Source: Bacteroidota bacterium (GTDB lineage: Bacteria; Bacteroidota; Bacteroidia; 2-12-FULL-35-15). From it: 64,000 nucleotides of DNA. Below the pieces are notes generated by a model. It was not told where the DNA came from, searched no databases, and saw only the letters and a program-made list of their open reading frames with translations. Shown piece by piece: positions 41,301-47,634 of the stretch; within the stretch, counting starts at the first letter, position 1, and each line of letters starts with the position of its first letter. The stretch lies in assembly GCA_037131555.1 (NCBI GenBank), contig JBAXQU010000003.1, positions 8,201 to 72,200 on the forward strand, written 5' to 3'. Made by a program: the position numbers and the translations under genes.

Positions 41301-41517
41301 CACCGTCAACACCAAAGGAGTTTCTTCGTTGACTGGAAGTATTTACGACCGTTGGGGATTAAAAATATACGAATGGCAAACTTTGAATGGTGGTTGGGAT
41401 GGACGAACATTAGGAGGTGTGAAAGTAGCCGAAGGCACATACTTCTACATTGTTAATCTCTTAGACGACTACGGAAAAGAGTATACTGAGCGTGGCAGCA
41501 TTATGCTCACTAGGTAA
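32356..41517 (+). CDS. Giant (3053 aa) modular cell-surface adhesin with a T9SS type B (gliding-motility-associated) C-terminal sorting domain
   Basis: Signal peptide and a DUF11-like segment (GDTVEYTATIKNIG). Tandem modules: four PKD-like modules, ten ~88-aa modules (C.G....L.G...W..SG.G.F...YTPS..DI..G.V.LT...P.G.C) and eleven F.Y....(F/Y)C..G.NP.P modules. C-terminus: ITPNVFSPNDDGVNDLF...YDRWG...WDGR...EGTYFYIV. Confidence 0.9.
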   Translation: MKKLLATLSFLGMALLSMAQLITPFTARYTVTQKGGIVILANTAAGCGAGTSSCGGLNCVNSHAEMPPSGTAVDNDFVQTYVDIDGDASTYMSSSDSMNLNSCSQVTFAGLYWGAGGTSTGGQTNGTHWNNRANVKLKVNNGAYQSLTADNTFNNTTGYLSYHNFKDITSIVAAAGIKGRFTVADMPLLYDASSSVKNRWGGWAIVIVYKNDLENYRNLSVFNGLTNVSNGGNNTTDLTISGFNTPPTGPVTLGLGVVTFDGDRGLNASGSSACPNTYKGDSLLFRGAGVFRPIFDAIHPINDVFNSTIARNGVLTPYRNPSYNNTLGHDASIFEPNNAAKTFIGNGATTATIRQKTGGETFLTQVVTFAIDVYEPDLRGSLSFVDLNGGTVVPGDTVEYTATIKNIGSDPSVNTFMIDTLPSAAVFVPGSIRVTAGPNVGVKTDVLNDDQGEYLTANRAVRVRIGTGANAVTGGVVINSPSGIDSTQVKFRATATTDCVVLLCDTHINNKFNVFATGQISSNTFNTGSNPGIFDAFGCPISGSTITNIVAGVCPQPTASNNTPICASNTINLFSSSSNVATYSWTGPNGFTSTLQNPTISNSTVAMAGTYTVAIHPNGSACFLTATTNVVINPSPVMTNPSSVSICTGGTVNIPLTSNAGATYTWIGSDNPNVTGEITTLQTSSTITNTLFNPTLLPQTVTYTVTPTGTIAGCPGVVQVITVTVNPLPDAIATPALQTICSGGVTSIALSSTTPGSTYSWTVSQSGVSGGSAASGTNIAQTLTETGSSTGTATYTVTPTASTCVGTPTMVTINVTQLFIPTFTYNGSPFCQNGTNPAPVFSGGGTAGHFTSTPGLSINSNTGVINLAASTPGTYTVTNSFAAVGACAAQSATAQITITALPIAGFNYTSTPYCQNLANPTPTFISGGVAGTFSSATGLQFVSTSTGQINLTASTVGTYTVTNTVAAANGCPAVNAADTIVIQALPTMTNASTATICSGNSLNISLTSSIPSTYTWITSNNANTTGESTTLQTSSVINNTIVNTVNTPQTLTYTVTPISTSGSCIGSTQSVVITVNPQPTVTSPSSTTICSGSSINISLTSNMNSTFTWLANDNANTTGESTTSQSTSTISDVITNTTTVPQTLTYTVTPTSTVFGNCLGSNQTVSVIVNPTTTASAGGNASICSSGTFTLSGTIGGGATSAQWTTSGTGTFNNTSLLNATYTPSPADIAAGSVTLTITTDNPVGPCDLVSDFMVLTINPAATVSANSDATICAGSTYTLAGSFGLPAASITWSTSGSGTFSNPSDANAIYTPSATDIAAGNVLLTITTNNPSGPCPAVNDAMILTISPAAIANAGQDASICQGDSYTLSGSIGGSASSLNWTTSGSGTFNNPNSATATYTPSASDIAAGSVTLTMSTNNPVGICSAATDNMTITFAPNDNASFAYSASTFCHNGADVSPTITGLTGGVFSYAPNGLSLNASSGTINLSGSNLGTYQVYYTTVGPCPHTDSMQITITNSPASTFNFTPSAYCQFASSNPLPTFTNGGTAGVFTSSPAGLVFVSAITGEIDLTASSPATYTITNTIAAGNGCNQSISTSTVTIRASAIATAGTDASICSGNAYTLFGVVSGGATSLLWTTNGTGSFNNPTIPNATYTPSASDVASGFVTITLNANEPSGQCPGNDALILTINPAAVINANTDAVICAGNNYTLSGSFGGGASSATWSSSGTGSFDNTSINNATYTPSLADISAGSITLTYTTNNPLGSCNEAADAMVLTITPAATANANIDDVICAGSTYTLSGSVAGSATSGSWSSSGTGTFNNPSLLNATYTPSVADIAAGGVTLTLSSNDPTGPCTSAFDNMFLSITPNATASAGNDAIICGNATFSLSGSYSGGATAITWTTTGSGSFNSTTTPNAIYTPSASDIATGSVHLIITTNDPPGICMPVADTMLLTISQPQDASFTYPASTFCISGTNPVPFITGVTGGTFFSTPSGLSMNSSTGVVNLSSSATGTYVITYATTGPCPNTSTQTITLSAAPSATFNYTPATYCQNSSVNAFPTFPLGSSAGTFSATPIGISFVSTGTGVVDLTSSSPGIYTITNTIPASGGCSVSSATSTITIGAQALVTAGADGTICAGSSFTLSGAIGGSATVSNWVTSGSGTFNNNSVPTATYTPSAADIATGSVTLTITTDDPAGACPSATDAMQILISPLATVDAGSDASICAGLPYTLTGSFGGSANSSTWSTSGTGTFNNSALLNANYTPSPADIASGSVALTLTTNDPIGPCSQVNDFMVLSISTPASAFAGADTTICSGTSINLSGNIGGSASSLTWTTSGSGTFGNSSIANTSYTPSAADAASGSVTLTITTNDPIGACNLATDNIVLNINQFNDASFAYPSSTFCVSGANPTPTINGPTAGVFTFTPSGLSINSSTGTINLASSSVGTYLITNHTAGPCSDSATASITITNSFNANFNYTSGLYCQNGSPNPTPSYLGTGSGGVFTFAPAGLVINSVSGEVDLITSSPGTYVVTNTIAASGGCTSAIDTGIITITPHDDASFAYTGTSFCKSGTNPIPTITGLAGGTFSVSPANLSINASTGEVYLSASNFGSYNITYTTAGNCPFSSTVPFTITAPPDASFMYASGGVFCINAFPNPTPIIPGVGGIFSATPSGLVINVATGQIDLAASTVGSYMVTDSIPAGGGCSAAVTTNSVTINALDNASFSYAQANYCQGGTNPLPTITGVSGGTFSVVPSGMTIDANTGSINLAATIVSAYTIIYTTNGACTNSSSEVVNVMLPPVASAGATANINCTGLATLTGNGSSPATYSWAPSSSIVSGSNTLTPVVNSAGTYTLTLVDGTTGCIATDSVAVTNTSQVVASFTTNPDPAVGSVPLVVGFTNTSINATNYTWTFCIGCPQSNAGDTSFVFTTSGTYTVYLVASNGLCIDTVSMKVIVNDAYSVITPNVFSPNDDGVNDLFTVNTKGVSSLTGSIYDRWGLKIYEWQTLNGGWDGRTLGGVKVAEGTYFYIVNLLDDYGKEYTERGSIMLTR

Positions 41518-41562
41518 TTCTTCTCAAACGATTATTTTAATCGATCTCGTACATTGCCATAA

Positions 41563-41596
41563 ACGCGAGCGAGTTTCGTTCGTGTTTCTTATTCTG
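41563..41596 (+). terminator. Candidate terminator after the giant adhesin gene
   Basis: acgcgagcga-gtt-tcgttcgtgt forms a 10-bp stem (two G-U pairs), followed by ttcttattct. Confidence 0.4.
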
Positions 41597-41660
41597 GGGT
41601 GACTAGCCACAACTCATCCATTTTCTGTAAGAAAGATACAACCCTTTCGCTTCGCCTTGA

Positions 41661-41680
41661 AACACCTATATATATGTATC
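41661..41680 (-). repeat. Conserved box (reverse complement GATACATATATATAGGTGTT)
   Basis: Exact 13-mer ATACATATATATA followed by GGTGT. It lies 210 nt from array C and points away from it. Confidence 0.6.
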
Positions 41681-41890
41681 AAAAGAAACAAACTTGGTTG
41701 GCTAGGTTGGTTAATGAGGTTTGCCTTAATAATATCTATTTGAGGTTAAATTGCCTAGTAAATGACCAAAAAACAGTTAAAACTCATTGAAAATGTGTTC
41801 GAAGGCAAGCAAAGCGATTTAGGGGAAAGCACATTTTGTAAGCGGAATTGAGTTTTTGAAAGTGAAGTTTTCTGAAAGTAGGCACTTTCA

Positions 41891-42142
41891 GTCAATATAA
41901 ATAATCATATCGAGTGAAAGTGCGTCCTTTTGGTCAATATAAATAATCATATCGAGTGAAAGTGCGTCCTTTTGGTCAATCTGAATAATCATATCGAGTG
42001 AAAGCGCGCACTTTTGGTCAATCTGAATAATCATATCGAGTGAAAGTGCGTCCTTTTGGTCAATATGAATAATCATATCGAGTGAAAGTGCGCACTTTTG
42101 GTCAATATGAATAATTAAATCGAGTGAAAGTGCGTCCTTTCA
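41891..42142. repeat. Tandem array C: 6 copies of a 42-bp unit (GTCAATMTRAATAATCATATC + GAGTGAAAGYGCGYMCTTTTG)
   Basis: Units start at 41891, 41933, 41975, 42017, 42059 and 42101. Units 3 and 5 contain the 14-bp perfect palindrome AAAGTGCGCACTTT. Degenerate GAAAG..CACTTT half-units extend left to about 41825. Confidence 0.95.
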
Positions 42143-42343
42143 AAAAAGTTCAATTCAGAAATTTATAAAAGGTAAAAACAACGAGAAACACTAAAATTTA
42201 ACTCACATTAAGTTAATTGCCTACTGTAAAATTGTTTTACTGTCTTACCTGTCTCTACCCTTCGGGAATGGTAAGAAAATCTCACAACTGAAATTCCCTT
42301 TAAGAAAACGCAGGATTTATTTTCGTATTCGTTTTATTTCAAT

Positions 42344-42351
42344 TACTTTCG
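42344..42351 (+). promoter_or_regulatory. Near-consensus -7 box (TACTTTCG) 4 nt upstream of the ATG
   Basis: One mismatch to TAnnTTTG. The 4-nt spacing is the same as at ispE and at 52977-52984. Confidence 0.25.
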
Positions 42352-42355
42352 CAAG

Positions 42356-43588
42356 ATGAAAAAGAAATGGCTACTTATTTTTACCATCACCTTCATGGTT
42401 TCCTATTGCTTTGCAGGAGGGTTTCAAGTAAATCTTCAAGGCCAAAAACAAACAGGGATGGGGCATACCGGCACCGGCTTGTTGCTCGATAACGCTTGCA
42501 TCCTATTCAATCCAGGAGCAATGTCCTTTCTAGATACCTTACAAAGTGTTGGTTTCGGAGGAAGTTTTATATTTCCTCGTATCAGTTTTGTCGACCCTAC
42601 TACCGGTTACAAAACCGAAACAGTTCATAACACAGGCACACCTATCACCCTCTACACAGTGCTCAAAACCAAGAAAACAAGCAAATGGAATTTCGGTCTC
42701 GGAGTTTACAATCCATTTGGCAGTTTGGTGCAATATCAAGACGATTGGAAGGGTCAGTTTTTGCTGCGCGAAATCAATCTGAAAACATTTTTTATACAAC
42801 CCACCGCTTCAGTTAAGTTAAGCGATAAAGTAGGTATCGGCCTTGGGCTTATTTACGCCTTTGGCGATTTCAGTTTGCGTCAAGCTGTTCCACTTCAGTT
42901 TACCAACGGAACTTATGGAGAAGCCCGACTGAACGGAAAAGCATCGGGCTATGGATTTAATGGCGGAATCTATTACAAAGCCAATCAAAAACTTTCCATC
43001 GGCATCGATTATCGTTCGCAAGTCAATGTAAAGGTTAGCAACGGAAGTGCCGATTTCACAGTACCTTCCTCTGTTGCTAATTATTTTCCTACTACCACAT
43101 TCTCCACCAATCTTCGCTTACCAAGCACACTCACCGCAGGTTTTGGTTACGCCCTCAACAATAAGTTAAAATTAGCTTTAGACATTAATTATGTAGCCTG
43201 GAAATCTTACGACACCTTAAGCATCGATTTCGCTGACAACACCGACCAACTAAAAGATATCCATTCACCACGTTGTTATCACAATGCATTTATCTTTAGG
43301 TTAGGAGGCCAATATCAAATAAGTCCAATGTGGGCACTTCGCTTGGGTTCTTATTTCGACATGACAGCTGCCGATGCAGGTTACCTAACTCCCGAAACAC
43401 CTGACGAAAACAAACTAGGCATCACAGCAGGTGCTACTTTAAAAATAGCTAACAAGTTTTTTCTCGACCTATCCATGCTTTACATAGAAGGAATGAAGCG
43501 AACAGATACCAATTTGGAAAAAAACTTTACCGGAACATACAAAGAAAGAGCAGTAGTACCCGGACTTGGATTATCGTATGTATTTTAA
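42356..43588 (+). CDS. FadL/OmpP1/TodX family outer-membrane transport protein
   Basis: Signal peptide, the N-terminal GGFQVNLQGQKQTGMGHTGTG hatch-like motif, beta-strand patterning, and a terminal aromatic residue (LSYVF). Confidence 0.8.
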   Translation: MKKKWLLIFTITFMVSYCFAGGFQVNLQGQKQTGMGHTGTGLLLDNACILFNPGAMSFLDTLQSVGFGGSFIFPRISFVDPTTGYKTETVHNTGTPITLYTVLKTKKTSKWNFGLGVYNPFGSLVQYQDDWKGQFLLREINLKTFFIQPTASVKLSDKVGIGLGLIYAFGDFSLRQAVPLQFTNGTYGEARLNGKASGYGFNGGIYYKANQKLSIGIDYRSQVNVKVSNGSADFTVPSSVANYFPTTTFSTNLRLPSTLTAGFGYALNNKLKLALDINYVAWKSYDTLSIDFADNTDQLKDIHSPRCYHNAFIFRLGGQYQISPMWALRLGSYFDMTAADAGYLTPETPDENKLGITAGATLKIANKFFLDLSMLYIEGMKRTDTNLEKNFTGTYKERAVVPGLGLSYVF

Positions 43589-43675
43589 ATGGTATATTTT
43601 TTAAGAATAATGATAGTACAACTAAAATCAATGATTAACTTTAACGAAAATTATTAACCTCAAAAACCATTACAG

Positions 43676-44977
43676 ATGAAAAAAAAGTACTCAATTATTG
43701 CCGCATGTATCTTCCTAGGATTATCTGCACAATCCTTTGCACAATTGTCCACTTTGTGTGGCAATCAGCGTTTTCACGATTATGTTTTCCCCACCATACC
43801 AACACCTATTTCGGATGTGATTTATGGTAGCAACATTAAGATGGATAGCACCACACAGGTGTTGAAACTTGACGTTTACCAGCCTGTTGGAGATGTTTCT
43901 ACCAATAGACCCTTGGTCATTATAGCTCATGGAGGAAGTTTCTTGTACAATACTAAAACAGGGCCAGATGTAGTTCCATTGGCACAAGACCTTGCAAGGT
44001 TGGGCTACGTAACTGCGTCAATGGAATATCGTTTAGGTATGACTGGTTTTCCATTAGGCGTTGATTCTACTGATGCTGGTGCGGCTGTTATGCGCGGAGT
44101 GCAAGATGGACGAGCAGCAGTTCGTTTTTTTAGAAAAAATGCACGCCAAGGAGGAAACACTTATGGCATTGACACCAACAATATTTTCTTTGCAGGAGTA
44201 TCTGCCGGAGGTTTTATTGCCTTGCACATTGCATATATGGATCATGAAAACGAATTCCCTGCTTATGTAGATACAATAGCGCAATTGGGCTTGCATGGAG
44301 GCGTAGAAGGGCTTAGTGGAAATCAAGGTTATTCTTCAAAAGTAAAAGCAATCGTAAATATTTGCGGAGCATTAGGCGACACGTTATGGATGCATAATGG
44401 CGACACACCTTTGTTGAGCTTTCATGGCACAGCCGATGGAACAGTGCCTTACGGATATGCTGAAATAACATTAGCAAATGTATTTCCGTTATTGAAAGTG
44501 TATGGAAGTTCAACAGTGGCAATGCGTGCAAATCATCAAGGAATACCTAATTGTATGGAAACATGGTTTGGGCAAGGTCATGTTCCTGAAACAGACACCA
44601 CAGCTGCAGGCCACAGATATTACGATTCTACTATAACTATCACTCGAACTTTCTTAGAACAATTTACATGTGGCACTGTCAACAATTGTAGTTATACAAT
44701 GACACCAATGCTTGGTATTGACGAATCAGTTATCAATGCTGATTATACCGTTTATCCTAATCCAACAAATACACAAGCTACAGTTGATTTGAGTTCTTTT
44801 GCAGGGAAGGCCATGAATATCGAATTATATGATGCACTTGGAAGAAAAGTAGTAAACGTTGAAAATTTCAAAGGCGATAAGTATAATTTACAACGAAATA
44901 ATTTGCCAGCAGGAATGTATTATTTGAGTTTAATAATTGATGGCAAGAAATTCAGTAAAAAAGTAATATTCCAATAG
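43676..44977 (+). CDS. Secreted alpha/beta-hydrolase (carboxylesterase-like) with a T9SS type A C-terminal domain
   Basis: HGGSF oxyanion motif and the GVSAGG nucleophile elbow. C-terminus: YTVYPNPTNTQATVDL...IELYDALGRKV...LPAGMYYLSLIIDGKKFSKKVIFQ. Confidence 0.85.
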   Translation: MKKKYSIIAACIFLGLSAQSFAQLSTLCGNQRFHDYVFPTIPTPISDVIYGSNIKMDSTTQVLKLDVYQPVGDVSTNRPLVIIAHGGSFLYNTKTGPDVVPLAQDLARLGYVTASMEYRLGMTGFPLGVDSTDAGAAVMRGVQDGRAAVRFFRKNARQGGNTYGIDTNNIFFAGVSAGGFIALHIAYMDHENEFPAYVDTIAQLGLHGGVEGLSGNQGYSSKVKAIVNICGALGDTLWMHNGDTPLLSFHGTADGTVPYGYAEITLANVFPLLKVYGSSTVAMRANHQGIPNCMETWFGQGHVPETDTTAAGHRYYDSTITITRTFLEQFTCGTVNNCSYTMTPMLGIDESVINADYTVYPNPTNTQATVDLSSFAGKAMNIELYDALGRKVVNVENFKGDKYNLQRNNLPAGMYYLSLIIDGKKFSKKVIFQ

Positions 44978-45005
44978 GTTCAAATAAAATAATTAATTAC
45001 TAATG

Positions 45006-45036
45006 ACGCCTTGCAGATATGTAAGGCGTTTTTTTA
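45006..45036 (+). terminator. Rho-independent terminator after the esterase gene
   Basis: acgcctt-gcagatatgt-aaggcgt followed by ttttttt. Confidence 0.7.
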
Positions 45037-45200
45037 TGCAAATTGCTAGCTCAATTAAAACCACTTTTGTTAAGAATATACGAGGAAAGAAGATAGGAGA
45101 AGAAGAATTTTATGTATAAAGTTAAATTAATAGAGCAAAAAAAAGAGGCTATCTTAATTAAAAGATAACCCCCCATTATTTGTAACTAAACAACATTAGA

Positions 45201-46046
45201 TTACAAAAGCATTACAGAGCCACTAAGTGTATATTGAGCATGGGTTACAATATCAGTAACTTTAGCATCACTATTCATATCGAAAGATTGATCAGAAACC
45301 GTTACATGACCGTCAGAAGTCCTCATAAATTTTACATTAGGGTCATTAAATCCACTGGTTGTATTATTCACAACGTCTGAGAAATCTAGCATTTCACCAA
45401 TTCCACTACCTGTTCCTACAGAAGCTGGAGTCCAATCAATAAATTTATACGTACCAGAACCTCCATTAGTCATCACTAAAAAGATAGCAAGATTCTTAAG
45501 GGTGAAATCGTTTGCTGTTAATTGTCCATCAATGGCAACCAATCCTCTTAAGTCGGTGTTTCCACCGAAGAATCCACTCCATGTAGGATCATTTGTGGAA
45601 GCTTTAATGGACAGCACATAACCATAATCGAAACTTCGTCCGTTATATGAAAGTTGGCCTAACCCTCCTCCACCACTTCCATTAGAAGATGATTGTGAAA
45701 GTGTAAACGAAGTACCTGTTGTAGGGTCGCTCCAAGCATAAACTGTAGCAGAAGGAGTAGAATAAGTGGTAAAGTTTGAAGAAACATTAGAGTAATTATT
45801 GCTTCCCCCACCTGAACCAGCTTGTTGATTTGAATTGTTAAAGTTGATAATAAAATCTTTTAATACTTTGGCAGTAGAATTCCTAAGTTTAGCACTTTTA
45901 GCATCCATGCTTAATAAAGGAGTAGACTGAGGTTTTCCCATACTGTTATCTTTTTTACAAGAAGAAATGGACAACCCAACAATTGCTAATGCGGTAAGAA
46001 TCATATTTCTTATGATTCTGTTTAATCCAGAAGATAAATTTTTCAT
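45201..46046 (-). CDS. Hypothetical lipoprotein (Gly/Ser/Asn/Thr-rich)
   Basis: Signal peptide with the lipobox LSISSC. I recognise no catalytic motif. Confidence 0.5.
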   Translation of the reverse strand: MKNLSSGLNRIIRNMILTALAIVGLSISSCKKDNSMGKPQSTPLLSMDAKSAKLRNSTAKVLKDFIINFNNSNQQAGSGGGSNNYSNVSSNFTTYSTPSATVYAWSDPTTGTSFTLSQSSSNGSGGGGLGQLSYNGRSFDYGYVLSIKASTNDPTWSGFFGGNTDLRGLVAIDGQLTANDFTLKNLAIFLVMTNGGSGTYKFIDWTPASVGTGSGIGEMLDFSDVVNNTTSGFNDPNVKFMRTSDGHVTVSDQSFDMNSDAKVTDIVTHAQYTLSGSVMLL

Positions 46047-46114
46047 GATAAATAATTTTAAGGTTTATAAAAAGGAAAGGAGTACAAGACTCCCTTCCAT
46101 TATGATATTTATTA

Positions 46115-46822
46115 CTAGAAAATATATCCTAAACGAATAGAACTATTGAAGTTTGGTCCAATGTTCATTTCGCTTCCTTGTTTTACTGCATCAGGATCAG
46201 TTTCACCTGTTGCTAAGATGTTTTTAGATGATTTGAAATCGCTGTATTTCACCATTTGGAAACCGAAACCTAATTCTGTTCCTAAATAAAGGTGTTTTGT
46301 GACATAGCAATCAAAACCAGCTAATACATTAACGCCAATACGGAAGAAACCGCCTTTGCTTTTGTTTTTGTCGGTACGGATTACAACTGCATCAGTAGCA
46401 TCTAGTCCAAGTGGTGTTTGCTCTTTTGTTGATGCTCCAGCAATGTCCAGTTCCACACCTGAGTATGGGCTTAAACGGTTAGTACCAGCATAGTGATGTT
46501 CAAATCCAGGTTTAATGTTCCATCCCATTTGAGTTTTTTTGTAAGTACCATTGATATTAGTATTCGCACTAAGTCCAGATGCAAAAACCGAATCTGCTTT
46601 GGTAGAAGAAAAACTAAGACCAATTCCTAACCTGAAAGCAGTTGTTGGACTTAAGAATTTCCTGTAACGAATGTAAGTCAATTGAATTGGTTTCCCATTT
46701 AGAGGAACAAAATTCAATTCGAAATTGTTTGCTCCTTTTTCAGGTTTCAAGTCCGTGTCTTGAGCAAAAGATGTTGTGAATGCAGCTATAGCTATAGCTG
46801 TAGTTGTAAGAATTTTTTTCAT
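46115..46822 (-). CDS. Outer-membrane beta-barrel (porin-family) protein
   Basis: The best start is the ATG at 46822 (MKKILTTTAIAIAAFTTSFAQ). Alternating beta-strand pattern and a terminal LGYIF. Confidence 0.7.
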   Translation of the reverse strand: MKKILTTTAIAIAAFTTSFAQDTDLKPEKGANNFELNFVPLNGKPIQLTYIRYRKFLSPTTAFRLGIGLSFSSTKADSVFASGLSANTNINGTYKKTQMGWNIKPGFEHHYAGTNRLSPYSGVELDIAGASTKEQTPLGLDATDAVVIRTDKNKSKGGFFRIGVNVLAGFDCYVTKHLYLGTELGFGFQMVKYSDFKSSKNILATGETDPDAVKQGSEMNIGPNFNSSIRLGYIF

Positions 46823-46968
46823 GATTTTTTTGTTTAAGTAAGTAATTAATAAAATAATGTTATTTAGTCGGTACAAATATACAACAACTTTAAATACAAA
46901 AAGTAAGAGAAAGAGGGTATTTTATCTACGTGCTAGTACGTAGATGCAGAGTTGCTGATTTGGAGTTA

Positions 46969-47616
46969 TTAATCAATTAGCTTGTTTTCGATGCAGTATT
47001 TGATAAGTCCAACAATCGTTTTTGTTCCAGTTTTTCTAAAAATATTTTTTCGGTGAGACTCAACAGTGCGTTCGCTTATGAAAAGAATTTCGCCAATTTT
47101 TGCATTGTTGTGTTCATTAGCAATGAGTTTTATTATTTCTTTCTCTCGTTCAGTAAGATTAATTTTAGCTTCAACCTCTTTGCTCGTATTTCTTTCGCTA
47201 ATCGCTTTCATCATCTCTACCGAAACTTCTTCGCTAAAAAACATTCCTCCGTTAGACACTTTTTCAATAGCATTAATAAGTTCTTTTTTACCGGTGTTTT
47301 TTAAAATATAACCTGAAACGCCTGCATCAAGCATTTCCGAAATCATTGATTTTTCACCAAACATTGAAAGTGCAATGACTTTGATTTTTGAATTCTTTGC
47401 TAGCAATTTTCTTGTAAATTCAATTCCGTTCATTTCGGGCATATTGATGTCAGTGAGAACAATGTCTGGAGGGCTAATTTGTATTAGCTCAATCGCTTTC
47501 AGAGCAGATGTTGCTTCTCCCAACACTTCAATTCCTTTTTCACTCTTAACTAGAGCCTTTATGCCATCAATCAGCATTTGGTGATCGTCTAATATAAAAA
47601 GTGTTGTTTTGCTCAT
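46969..47616 (-). CDS. NarL/LuxR-family response regulator
   Basis: REC domain (ILDDHQ...DINMPEMNG...K) plus a LuxR HTH (LTEREKEIIKLIANEHNNAKIGEILFISERTVESHRKNIFRKTG). The preferred start is the ATG at 47616. Confidence 0.9.
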   Translation of the reverse strand: MSKTTLFILDDHQMLIDGIKALVKSEKGIEVLGEATSALKAIELIQISPPDIVLTDINMPEMNGIEFTRKLLAKNSKIKVIALSMFGEKSMISEMLDAGVSGYILKNTGKKELINAIEKVSNGGMFFSEEVSVEMMKAISERNTSKEVEAKINLTEREKEIIKLIANEHNNAKIGEILFISERTVESHRKNIFRKTGTKTIVGLIKYCIENKLID

Positions 47617-47634
47617 TGCTGTAAATCTACGCAA

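Noticed and set aside
41599-41790. 63-aa GTG-start ORF between the giant adhesin gene and array C. It contains the ATGTATC of the AT box in frame.
   Set aside because: It overlaps the candidate terminator tail and the conserved box, has no motif, and ends before the array. It is probably non-coding.
46925-46946. 8-bp-stem hairpin (atctacgt-gctagt-acgtagat) downstream of the response-regulator gene, considered as a terminator.
   Set aside because: No T-run follows the hairpin on the relevant (minus) strand, so the evidence is insufficient.
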